From Patescibacteria group bacterium (GTDB lineage Bacteria > Patescibacteriota > Patescibacteriia > Buchananbacterales > UBA6539), in assembly GCA_041649675.1 (NCBI GenBank), contig JBAZMQ010000005.1, positions 9,635 through 73,634 of the forward strand: a DNA stretch of 64,000 nucleotides, given 5' to 3'. Positions 55,628 through 64,000 of this stretch are shown here, piece by piece. The notes below the pieces were generated by a model, which was given only the letters and a program-made list of their open reading frames with translations, was not told where the DNA came from and did not search any database. How positions within the stretch are numbered: position 1 is the first letter of the stretch; the number at the start of each line of letters is the position of its first letter. The translations under genes were made by a program, and so were the position numbers.

Positions 55628-57214
55628 TTAAAAAAGTTCCTTGCCTTTCATCTCTTTGGACTTTTTGACTTTCATCAATTTTAAAATTGTTGGAGCAATA
55701 TCACCCAATTTTCCCCGATGCAATCTTCTCTTAATATGTTTAGACTCAACTAAAATAAATGGCACTGGATTTGAAGTATGTTCAGTATACACCTCGCCCG
55801 TCTCCAAGTCTAGCATCTTTTCGGCATTGCCATGATCAGCAGTCACAATTAAAGTACCTTTTTTCTTAAGAACCTCGGTTTTTAATTGGCCCAAACATTT
55901 ATCCGTATGTTCAACGGCTTTAATACACGCCTTTAAATTACCGGTATGTCCCACCATATCCGGATTGGCAAAATTAATGACCACGAATTGATACTTATGA
56001 AATTCCTTTACAACGTGATTGGTTATTTTATGAACAGACATTTCCGGCTTTTGGTCGTAAGAATTAACATTGGGTGAAGGAATCATTACCCGATCTTCAC
56101 CAGCCACCGGATCAGCATAACCGCCGTTAAAAAAATAAGTGACATGGGCATATTTTTCTTTTTCAGCAATATATAATTGTTTACGACCATCAATGACCAT
56201 TGGTAAAGTGCCCAACAAATCAGCTGAAGGATAAGCGCTTAAAATTGAATCTAGATCGGGGCCAAAATCAGTCATAGCCACAAAGGAAAAATTCTTTAAA
56301 ACTTTTTTACGCTTAAAACCGCCGGGATTATACTGATTAAAATCAGTTGTTTGAACAAATGGCTTAGCTAATTGTCTGGCCCGGTCAGACCGCAGATTGA
56401 AAAAAATCACCGCATCCCCGTTTTTTATTTTAGCAATCGGTTTACCATTATGCTGAATAACATAGGGCGGAATAAACTCATCGGTTTCACCACGGTTATA
56501 AGCCGAAGTAATGGCGGCTTGCGGGCTTTTAGCTTTAGTACCTTGGCCTAAAACCATGGCATTATAAGCCGCCTCGGTGCGATGCCAGGCTTTTTTTCGG
56601 TCCATGGCATAAAATCGGCCCGTAATTGTCGCAATCCATTCACCCGAAATTTTACCTTTAACGTCTCTATTTTTCAGTTGTCGCATTAAAGCTTCCACTA
56701 ATTTCAAAGCTGAATGCTGGGGTGAATCGCGGCCATCAGTAAATAAATGTAAATAAACATTTTGAATTTTTTTTAGCCGCGCCCAAGTTAAAAGAGCCAA
56801 TAAATGATCAGGGTCACTATGGGCACTTTGGCCGTCAGACAACATCCCCATCAGATGCAAGTCTGATTTATTTTTGACAATATGTTTGTAAGCAGCTTCA
56901 AAGGCCGTATTTTTAAAAAACTTACCAGTATTGATTTCTTTACAAATAAAAACCGCGTCTTGGTCAACAACCCGGCCAGCGCCGATATTCATGTGCCCGG
57001 CTTCGGAGTTACCGTGTTGCAATGGCGGCAAACCAACATAACCATCAGAAGCTTGAAGCTGGGTGTGCGGATAATTTTTCCAAAGACAATCAAAGTTTGG
57101 CGTTTTAGCCAACTCAATAGCATTACCCGGACTTTTAGGCGCCAAACCCCAGCCGTCCAAAATCAACAGGACAAAGGGCGGTTTTTTACCATTTTTTTTA
57201 ATCAATTTAGACAT
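55628..57214 (-). CDS. gpmI: 2,3-BPG-independent phosphoglycerate mutase, copy 2
   Basis: DGWG, GNSEAGH, DGRD, EKYAHVT, DMVGH, ADHGN. Confidence 0.94.
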   Translation of the reverse strand: MSKLIKKNGKKPPFVLLILDGWGLAPKSPGNAIELAKTPNFDCLWKNYPHTQLQASDGYVGLPPLQHGNSEAGHMNIGAGRVVDQDAVFICKEINTGKFFKNTAFEAAYKHIVKNKSDLHLMGMLSDGQSAHSDPDHLLALLTWARLKKIQNVYLHLFTDGRDSPQHSALKLVEALMRQLKNRDVKGKISGEWIATITGRFYAMDRKKAWHRTEAAYNAMVLGQGTKAKSPQAAITSAYNRGETDEFIPPYVIQHNGKPIAKIKNGDAVIFFNLRSDRARQLAKPFVQTTDFNQYNPGGFKRKKVLKNFSFVAMTDFGPDLDSILSAYPSADLLGTLPMVIDGRKQLYIAEKEKYAHVTYFFNGGYADPVAGEDRVMIPSPNVNSYDQKPEMSVHKITNHVVKEFHKYQFVVINFANPDMVGHTGNLKACIKAVEHTDKCLGQLKTEVLKKKGTLIVTADHGNAEKMLDLETGEVYTEHTSNPVPFILVESKHIKRRLHRGKLGDIAPTILKLMKVKKSKEMKGKELF

Positions 57215-57771
57215 GCAAAAATGCTTAAAATAATTTTAATGTTTTTATCAGCTTCAACTTTACAATCTTTTAAAGTTAATAATTTATTCTTATCCTTCAT
57301 TTTTTTAATCACATACTCTATTGAATAATCAAAAGGATAACCGCGCCGGCCCATTTCGTGCAATAAGATCAGGCAACCCTCAAGAGTCACAAACTTAAAG
57401 CATTCGGCATTTTTTACAACTTCGGCAATTAGAGATTTAGTTTTAACCTTACCGTGATGAGCCTCAATGGCGTTAATAATAGTTTGCTGATCTTTAGCAT
57501 TAACGCGCCATTGATTTAAATATGGTTTAACAAATTTAGCGCTAAGATTGTAATGATTACTTTGAATTCTGCCACCGATTTTTTTATCAAAAACCGTGTG
57601 GGCCAAATACAAAGAAACTTTTACCAAATTTTTATCAACTTTATAAATCTTGGCCAGTTGTTCCCCTTTCGCTACAGCTAGCTCGGTCAAAAGCCAAGCT
57701 GGCGCGCCATTCTTCTTGGTTTGTTGGCACATTAACTTTTTAGCTTTACCTAATGTTGCAGCGGAAATCAT
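57202..57771 (-). CDS. Degenerate HD-domain-like protein
   Basis: YLAHT in place of LHD, IEAHH, VKNAE in place of DAD. Confidence 0.6.
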   Translation of the reverse strand: MISAATLGKAKKLMCQQTKKNGAPAWLLTELAVAKGEQLAKIYKVDKNLVKVSLYLAHTVFDKKIGGRIQSNHYNLSAKFVKPYLNQWRVNAKDQQTIINAIEAHHGKVKTKSLIAEVVKNAECFKFVTLEGCLILLHEMGRRGYPFDYSIEYVIKKMKDKNKLLTLKDCKVEADKNIKIILSIFACLN

Positions 57772-57790
57772 AATTCCAAATTCCTTTTTC

Positions 57791-59047
57791 CTATTTTAAT
57801 TCATCTTCAATCTCCATTAAGCGATTATATTTTTCCACCCGCTCACCACGGGAAATTCCAACTTTAACAAATTCGGAATTTGTGGCTACAGCCAAATCAA
57901 TCATAAATGTATCATTGGTTTCCCCACCGCCGCGGTGAGAAATAATTGACCAAAATTTATTCTGATGGGCTAACTCAATTGTTTCAACTGTTTCAGACAA
58001 GCTACCAATCTGATTAAGCTTAATTAAAATCGCATTAATTGCTTTAAGCTTAATTGCTTTTTTAAGTCGCTCAGGATTAGTCACTGTTAGATCATCGCCA
58101 ATAATCCGAACTTTTTTGCCTAGCTCTTTAGTAATTACTGGCCACCAATCCCAATCATCCTCGGCTAAAGGATCTTCCAGGGTCAAAAGCGGGTACTTGC
58201 TCACCCATTTGACAAAATAATCAATCAGCTGACGGGAAGTCAAACTTTGGTTAGTTTTAGACAGTAGATATTTACCATTCTCGTAAATTTCAGAAACTGC
58301 CGGATCGGCCGAAAGCATGACATCTTTGCCGGCTTGATAACCGGCTTTTTTAATTGCCGCCAAAATTAATTGCCATGGTTCTTCATTATTTTTCAGTCCC
58401 GGTGGCGCATAAGCTCCTTCATTACCAACGTTAGCATTTAATTTTTTTTCGTTAAGGACTTTTTTTAAAGCTAGGTAAACTTCAGCACCATAGCGCACAC
58501 ATTCTTTTATGTTTTTTCCGCCGACGGGTGTAATCATATATTCCTGCAAATCGGTTGAATTAGCCGCGTGCTTACCGCCTTCAATGACTACCATCATTGG
58601 TTTAGGTAAAGAATAATTCCGATAAGGTAAGTGATATACCTGACGTAAATAACGATACAAAGGTAATTTTTTGGAATTAGCCGCGGCGCGACAAACCGCC
58701 AAAGAAACGCCCAAAATTGCATTGCCACCAAGTTTCGACTTATTCTCTGTACCATCTAAATCAATCATAATTTTATCAACAAGCTTTTGCTGATAAGAAT
58801 CCTTACCGATTAGCCTAGGCGCAATTTTTTGGTTGATATTGACAACCGCTTTTAACATCCCGGCACCGCCGTAACGCTTTTTATCACCATCAAGTAAAAC
58901 CATAGCTTCATGAACACCGGCCGAAGCGCCAAAAGGTACCGAAGCAATACCAATCGCACCATCGCTAAGCACTACCTTGACTTCCAGCGAGGGCGTGGTG
59001 CCGGAACTTAAAATTTCTCTGGCTTTAATGGATTTTATTTTAAGCAT
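57791..59047 (-). CDS. eno: Enolase (divergent)
   Basis: GAS.G..EA, LGGNAIL.VS, GGKH, EDP, GDDL, LIKLNQIG, SHR. Confidence 0.92.
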   Translation of the reverse strand: MLKIKSIKAREILSSGTTPSLEVKVVLSDGAIGIASVPFGASAGVHEAMVLLDGDKKRYGGAGMLKAVVNINQKIAPRLIGKDSYQQKLVDKIMIDLDGTENKSKLGGNAILGVSLAVCRAAANSKKLPLYRYLRQVYHLPYRNYSLPKPMMVVIEGGKHAANSTDLQEYMITPVGGKNIKECVRYGAEVYLALKKVLNEKKLNANVGNEGAYAPPGLKNNEEPWQLILAAIKKAGYQAGKDVMLSADPAVSEIYENGKYLLSKTNQSLTSRQLIDYFVKWVSKYPLLTLEDPLAEDDWDWWPVITKELGKKVRIIGDDLTVTNPERLKKAIKLKAINAILIKLNQIGSLSETVETIELAHQNKFWSIISHRGGGETNDTFMIDLAVATNSEFVKVGISRGERVEKYNRLMEIEDELK

Positions 59048-59055
59048 AAATTTAT

Positions 59056-59187
59056 TAAATTCTAATATTTAAACTCTAAACAAACTAAACAAATTTTAAA
59101 TTATAAATCACAAATTCTAAAACTGTTTGAAGAATTGGAATTTAAATATTATGATTTGTTTAGGATTTAGAATTTAGTGCTTCGGAT
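59056..59187. repeat. 7-nt-periodic palindromic element (family A)
   Basis: Ends GATTTGTTTAGGATTTAGAATTTAGTGCT, the exact reverse complement of 19590-19618. Confidence 0.8.
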
Positions 59188-59982
59188 TTACAAAACTTCA
59201 TACGTTACCATCACATCAAGAATAATATCTTGACTACCCGGTTCAATTGATGGCGCCGGAGCGGCTTCGGCCATAATGCCAGCACCCAAAGATTTCATGG
59301 CAGTATCACGATAAACCGGGATGACACCATCAGAGCCACTTTCAGTAAAGGAAACTAATTTGCCTAATCTAACACCAGCCACTTTGGCCAAAGCCTCGGC
59401 TTTTTGTCGGGCATTAGCTAAAGCTTCTTCTCTGGCTTGTTGTTTTAGCTTTTCCGGTTCATCAATGGTAAAACTCAAACTACCAACCTGATTAGCCCCT
59501 AGTTGGCCAGCCTTATCAACAATGTCACCGACTTTATCTAGGTTTCTAATTTTAACGGAAACATTTTGACTAACCTGGTAACCTCTTAGCACCTGCCGAT
59601 TATCCGTCCAATTATATTGAGGGTAAATGCTGTAATTAGTGGTGGTAATATCTTTGGCGTCAATTCCCATGTCCTTTAAAGACTTAACGATCTGATTCAT
59701 TTTTGTCGTGTTTTCTTTTTGAGCATCAGCCACACTGACTTTTTCGGTCTGAATCCCTAAAGAAATTTCAGCAATATCAGGCACGGCCGTAACCTTACCT
59801 TCACCCGAAATGCTGATAGTATAAGTTTGCTGGCTTTCCCGGCCAATATAATCATGTTTTTTGACTTCATTCCAGGTCAAAACGCCAACATAAATTGCCA
59901 GCAAAACGATTAAGATTGGGCCGACAAATTTGCAATGCCCAAATTTGTGATGGCCGCAGTAATTGTTTTTTTCATTGTCCAT
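59188..59982 (-). CDS. SIMPL/DUF541 protein
   Basis: ISGEGKV.AVPDIA, YSIYPQY, GAN, AREEA..NAR.KA..LA, PG. Confidence 0.9.
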   Translation of the reverse strand: MDNEKNNYCGHHKFGHCKFVGPILIVLLAIYVGVLTWNEVKKHDYIGRESQQTYTISISGEGKVTAVPDIAEISLGIQTEKVSVADAQKENTTKMNQIVKSLKDMGIDAKDITTTNYSIYPQYNWTDNRQVLRGYQVSQNVSVKIRNLDKVGDIVDKAGQLGANQVGSLSFTIDEPEKLKQQAREEALANARQKAEALAKVAGVRLGKLVSFTESGSDGVIPVYRDTAMKSLGAGIMAEAAPAPSIEPGSQDIILDVMVTYEVL

Positions 59983-60027
59983 AGATTTGTTGGTTAAAAA
60001 ATTAAGAAATTAAATCAAGGCTTACTT

Positions 60028-61257
60028 CTATTTTTTTATTATATATTTTAAAGCTGGTAATTCTTTGCCGGCTAAAAATTCCAAGCTGGCCCCGCCGCCG
60101 GTAGAAATATGACTAATTTTATCTTCAATGTGATACTTAGCGGCCACGACTTCAGTATCACCGCCGCCAATCACGGTTATGGCTTTAGATCGGGCTACGG
60201 CTTCAGCAATTTTTTTGGTCCCAAAGGCAAATTTGTCAATTTCAAAAACTCCCATCGGGCCGTTAAAAAATATGGTTTTGGCCCGCTTAATTTCGGCCAG
60301 ATAATTGGCAATGGTTTTAGGACCGATATCTAAAAATAACCAATGGTCTCTTATTTTCTCTTTATCCGACAAATCAATCGTTTCAACCAGGGCATGCGGA
60401 TCAATTTTGTTGGCCGCCACTAAATCTAAGGGTAAAATTATTTTATTTTTATATTTTTTATAAAGTTTTTTAGCAAAATTAACAAAATTAATTTTTTTCC
60501 GCTTGGCTTTATCAACAAAAACATCCTGAACAAAGGACTGGCCGATTGGCACTTTTTTAGCTTTTAAAAATACATTGGCGCAGCCGCCGCCAATCAAAAT
60601 TTTATCGGCGACTTTTACCAACTCGGAAATTACGGCAATTTTATCAGAAATTTTTGCCCCACCTAAAATTACCACCAAAGGCCGCTTAGGATTTTTAACA
60701 ACCTGACTTAAGGCGGTAATTTCTTTTTCTAACAAAAAACCGGCATAAGTCGGTAATAAACGAGTAATACCAGTAGTTGAGGCGTGAATCCGATGAGCCT
60801 GGGCAAAAGCATCAAAGATAATTAAATCAAGTCCGTGAACCAATAACTTGGCAAAAATTTTACTATTCTCTTCTTCCTGATGATAGAAACGGACATTTTC
60901 TAACATCAAAATTTGTTTAGGTTTTAATTTTTTGATCTCAGAATATACTTTTGGTCCGACACAGTCATCAAGTTTTTTAATCGGCTGCTTTAAAATTTCC
61001 GACAATCTTTTTGCCACCGGATCCATTTTTAATTTTTCTACAACCTGGCCCTTTGGCCGGCCCAACCAAGATAAAATTACAATTTTACAATTGTTTTTCA
61101 AAAGGTATTTGATAGTGGCAACAGTTTCCCTAATCCGCCGATCATCAGCCACTATCCAGTGTTTTCCCTGCTGCTTTAAAGGCACGTCATAAGCTACTCG
61201 CAAAAGCACTCTTTTGCCTTTAAGATTTTTAATCTCCTTGATTGATTTTAATCTCAT
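60028..61257 (-). CDS. pgk: Phosphoglycerate kinase-like protein (divergent substrate site)
   Basis: LENVRF, GGAKISDK, DIGP, NGPMGVFE, GGGDT, STGGGASLE. Confidence 0.9.
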   Translation of the reverse strand: MRLKSIKEIKNLKGKRVLLRVAYDVPLKQQGKHWIVADDRRIRETVATIKYLLKNNCKIVILSWLGRPKGQVVEKLKMDPVAKRLSEILKQPIKKLDDCVGPKVYSEIKKLKPKQILMLENVRFYHQEEENSKIFAKLLVHGLDLIIFDAFAQAHRIHASTTGITRLLPTYAGFLLEKEITALSQVVKNPKRPLVVILGGAKISDKIAVISELVKVADKILIGGGCANVFLKAKKVPIGQSFVQDVFVDKAKRKKINFVNFAKKLYKKYKNKIILPLDLVAANKIDPHALVETIDLSDKEKIRDHWLFLDIGPKTIANYLAEIKRAKTIFFNGPMGVFEIDKFAFGTKKIAEAVARSKAITVIGGGDTEVVAAKYHIEDKISHISTGGGASLEFLAGKELPALKYIIKK

Positions 61258-61347
61258 AATATAGGCAATGATTTAATCACTTCCATTTATTAGTATTTAG
61301 TTAGTCTTTACCAATAATTATAACACAAGCCTGGAATTCAGTAAATA

Positions 61348-61614
61348 AAAAAAGAGACAGAAAACACCAGCTTAACAACGACGATTTTTGACAAAAGCCG
61401 TTACTTTAAAAAGTTGTCTGATGTCTTTTAGTCTCCGCTTGAGTTGGTACCACTTAACCACAGGTCAGTGGCTGCAAAGTATGACACCAAGAATTATGGC
61501 AAGAGCCGGCCTAAACCTTACTCTTTCTGCTACTGAAGGTAGGCAGCCTTGATAGCAGTTGCCAGAATACTGGGCCAACCTCCTTGAGCCAAGTTTGCTA
61601 CCAGCTCAAAGCAT
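61348..61614 (-). ncRNA. Candidate about 270-nt structured RNA / leader with its own promoter and terminal stem
   Basis: TTGACT-17-TAAGAT (61648-61620); stems TTGAGC/GCTCAA, TGGCAA/TTGCCA, CTGCTA/TAGCAG; terminal GAGAC..GTCTC + U-tract. Confidence 0.45.
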
Positions 61615-62038
61615 ATCATATCTTAATACCAAAAGTTGAAAAAGTCAAAGTATTAAAAAAGGCGGCGGGTTGGCTGAAGAGAAAAACACTTTCTCTTTAT
61701 CTGCCGATTGTAAAGGTGCTTAAAAGTGTTTATCAGTATTTATCTAACATTCTGTTAAACTCTCTGTCTGCTCTAGGCAAAAATAGCTAACCCGCCAAAA
61801 GCTTAAAAAGACCAAAATAATATAATTAATACCAGCTTAACTACTCAACCATCCTACAAAATACCAGCAATAAAGTCCAGACGGCTTCCTGTTTTAACCA
61901 GATTATCTATTTTAGTTCCTTTATAATTTGGTATTGACAAAATAATTATTACATTGTATTATAATTTATCGCTCCCTGTCTGGAGTGGAATGTGAAATAA
62001 CTGGTACAGCAAAAAAACCTATTTTGGAGGAATGACCT

Positions 62039-62239
62039 ATGGCTGAAACAATGGATATCCCAATGACATGGCGGGAATGGCTGAGTGAATGGCTCAGCGT
62101 ATGCTTCTTTTTTGGGCTCTTTATCGTCTCGGGCCTTATCTTGATGGCCTTTGGCGCGGGAACCGGAGAACCCATTGGGGTTGCTCCCGGGCTCATCGTT
62201 ATAATGCTGCCCTTCATCTGGATGAAGAGAAGCAGATAA
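62039..62239 (+). CDS. Orphan 2-TM small protein in its own unit
   Basis: TTGACA-17-TATTAT (61934-61962), GGAGGA SD, terminator GAATGGC..GCCATTC-TTTT (62302-62342). Confidence 0.65.
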   Translation: MAETMDIPMTWREWLSEWLSVCFFFGLFIVSGLILMAFGAGTGEPIGVAPGLIVIMLPFIWMKRSR

Positions 62240-62341
62240 AATAGCCCACACCCATCATCACCCCCCCCCTCTCTCTTCACACTTCCACCTCCCCTCTTCT
62301 TGAATGGCTTTTCTTAGAAATTAGAGAATGCCATTCTTTTT

Positions 62342-62887
62342 TTATTTTAACTTAATATTATCCAATAGCTTAGGATACATTTTTTTGCCGGCCTTAGTTT
62401 TTATTATTTTTGGCAACTCTTTTTGCCAATTTTTTAATACTTTCAAAAAACTTTTTGGCTGATATTTTTCTCTCAAATGCTTTAAACACAACTTACTCAA
62501 GTTGTCTGCGTCAACAATAATTTCTTCATCAAATTTTTTAGAACGATGCTTGTCGGTTGCCTGCACTAATCTAATAACTGAATCGGTTTGGCGAGAATTA
62601 AAATCAAATTTTTGAAGAATTAGCTTAATTATTTTCGTTGAGTTCTTTGAAACCTTATGCTCAATTTTAATCATCTTTGCAAAATCAATTTTTCCTTTAG
62701 GAGCCAAACCTGACCAACCAATGTCATGAAGGTAGGCAGCAAAAATCAACAACTGCAAATCTTTTCTGCCTTTTCCTAATTTCTTTACCAAAGCTACTAC
62801 CCGTCTAGTGTGTTGCCAGTCACCCGGCCTGGCACTTTTAAAATAAGGCCTTATCACTTTGATTAATTTTTGCTCATTCAAAGTCAT
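62342..62887 (-). CDS. HD-domain phosphohydrolase
   Basis: HT.RV, AAYLHDIG, DAD. Confidence 0.85.
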   Translation of the reverse strand: MTLNEQKLIKVIRPYFKSARPGDWQHTRRVVALVKKLGKGRKDLQLLIFAAYLHDIGWSGLAPKGKIDFAKMIKIEHKVSKNSTKIIKLILQKFDFNSRQTDSVIRLVQATDKHRSKKFDEEIIVDADNLSKLCLKHLREKYQPKSFLKVLKNWQKELPKIIKTKAGKKMYPKLLDNIKLK

Positions 62888-62963
62888 AATCTTTAGACTA
62901 AAGTAATCAGACTAAAATTTGCCTGATTATTCAAAAACCATCGGGGAACAGATTGGCATCGCG

Positions 62964-63050
62964 CTATTTCTTTTTTCCACCTTTGACGGATTTTTTTGGT
63001 TTAGCTTTAGCTTTTTTAGGGCCGCAGCCACAGCAACAACTGCAAGACAT
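62964..63050 (-). CDS. Unannotated 28-aa Cys-rich/Lys-rich microprotein
   Basis: MSCSCCCGCGPKKAKAKPKKSVKGGKKK, co-oriented between hydrogenase gamma and HD genes. Confidence 0.6.
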   Translation of the reverse strand: MSCSCCCGCGPKKAKAKPKKSVKGGKKK

Positions 63051-63085
63051 AGATTTAGATTATTAGAAATTAGGTTATCAGATTA

Positions 63086-63904
63086 TTAAATTGCGCCAGG
63101 AATATCCTTTAGCTGCTGCCAAGAAAAAACCGGGCCGTCTTTGCAAACATAATACGGCCCAATGGCACAATGCTGACAAACGCCGATACCGCAATACATT
63201 CGTCTTTCTAATGACATATAAATATCAGAATCCTTCATCCCTCTTTTCTGCAATTCCTCAATTACAGAACGATACATTGGGGGCGGGCCAACAATTAAAG
63301 CAACCGTATTACTGAAATCCTGGCTGTTACTAAACAAATTAGTTACTACGCCCCTTGTTCCTTGCCATTTTAGCGAAGGCTTATTTAGGGTAATTGCCAA
63401 ACCTATTTTTTTGCGCCAAAGATTGTATTCATCTTTAAAAAATAAATTTGCTTCAGTCAAAGCCCCATAAAAAATATCTAACTTTTTGACCAATAATTTT
63501 TGGGCTAAATAATCCAAAGCGAAAGAACGCATAGTAATAAAGCCGCAACCACCGCCAATTAAAAGCAATTCTTTATCTTTGTATTTTACTTGCTCTAAAC
63601 CGTTACCAAATGGCCCCCGAACAGTCACTAAGTCACCAACCTTTAATTGGTGCAATTTATTAGTTAAACTGCCAACTTTTCTAATCGCCAATTCAAACGT
63701 ATTAAGTTTAACTGTTGAAGAACAAATATCAAAAGCGGCTTCACCTAAACCCATCAGGCCCACCAGTAAAAATTGACCGTGAGTAAAACAAAAATTAGCT
63801 TTGTCTTTTTTGTCAATAAACTCCAAAGTAAAAAGTTTAGCGTCAACCGCCTCTAACTTGATCTTTTTTACCTTAGCAATTTTTGGCAAATACGGATTAA
63901 ACAT
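63086..63904 (-). CDS. FAD/NAD-binding 2Fe-2S subunit (group 3b NiFe hydrogenase gamma / AsrB-like)
   Basis: RGPFGNG, GGGCG, VGPPPM, SLERRMYCGIGVCQHC..YVCKDGPVF. Confidence 0.9.
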   Translation of the reverse strand: MFNPYLPKIAKVKKIKLEAVDAKLFTLEFIDKKDKANFCFTHGQFLLVGLMGLGEAAFDICSSTVKLNTFELAIRKVGSLTNKLHQLKVGDLVTVRGPFGNGLEQVKYKDKELLLIGGGCGFITMRSFALDYLAQKLLVKKLDIFYGALTEANLFFKDEYNLWRKKIGLAITLNKPSLKWQGTRGVVTNLFSNSQDFSNTVALIVGPPPMYRSVIEELQKRGMKDSDIYMSLERRMYCGIGVCQHCAIGPYYVCKDGPVFSWQQLKDIPGAI

Positions 63905-63912
63905 AATAAAAA

Positions 63913-64000
63913 TTATTTAACTTTTCCTTTCAAAATTCTTTGCAGGTTTTCTTTAATATCAATACCAACCGGACAAACTTTGGTACACCGGCCGCAACCA
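63913..64000 (-). CDS. C-terminal fragment of 4Fe-4S subunit (hydrogenase beta / AsrA-like), truncated by the window edge
   Basis: GCGRCTKVCPVGIDIKENLQRILKGKVK*. Confidence 0.8.
   Translation of the reverse strand, partial: GCGRCTKVCPVGIDIKENLQRILKGKVK

Noticed and set aside
33803-61192. Numerous 60-150 aa ORFs overlapping conserved genes (for example 33970, 36802, 41426, 49638, 56882)
   Set aside because: Antisense or off-frame shadows of well-supported housekeeping genes.
61584-62280. ORFs 61584-61790(+), 61949-62251(-), 61966-62280(-)
   Set aside because: They run across promoters or lie antisense to the SD-led 62039-62239 gene.
1-64000. Prophage, IS element, rRNA or tRNA genes
   Set aside because: No structural phage, integrase or transposase ORFs and no tRNA or rRNA signatures recognised by eye.

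Overview
AT-rich bacterial chromosomal window using the standard genetic code (TGA ends several conserved genes). Gene content and style suggest a Patescibacteria/CPR (Parcubacteria-type) genome, though this is inference. Housekeeping genes cover translation and RNA modification (trmH-like, rlmN, pseudouridine synthase, fmt, def, gltX, serS, lysS, proS, frr, greA), envelope and division (flippase, glycosyltransferases, O-antigen ligase-like, TagA/WecB, M23 peptidase, ftsQ, ddl, alr, mreB-mreC-mreD-mrdA, a second mreB, rseP), lower glycolysis (divergent pgk and eno, two gpmI), AmmeMemoRadiSam S and B, SdpR/SdpI and the end of a group-3b hydrogenase-type operon. No rRNA, tRNA, CRISPR array, transposase or integrase was found. 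The main unexplained structure is about ten self-contained orphan units between conserved genes. Each has a near-consensus sigma70 promoter and a terminal hairpin, and most have a strong Shine-Dalgarno, which the housekeeping genes lack. They carry orphan small proteins, two ORFs that stay open past an in-frame stop, or large structured apparently non-coding RNAs (about 720 nt between alr and ddl, about 270 nt upstream of pgk). Also present: 7-nt-periodic palindromic elements (one in-frame inside a gene), a dif-like 11-6-11 site, several unannotated microproteins, and active-site substitutions in Pgk and the operonic MreB. All assignments come from motif recognition by eye; no searches or folding programs were run.
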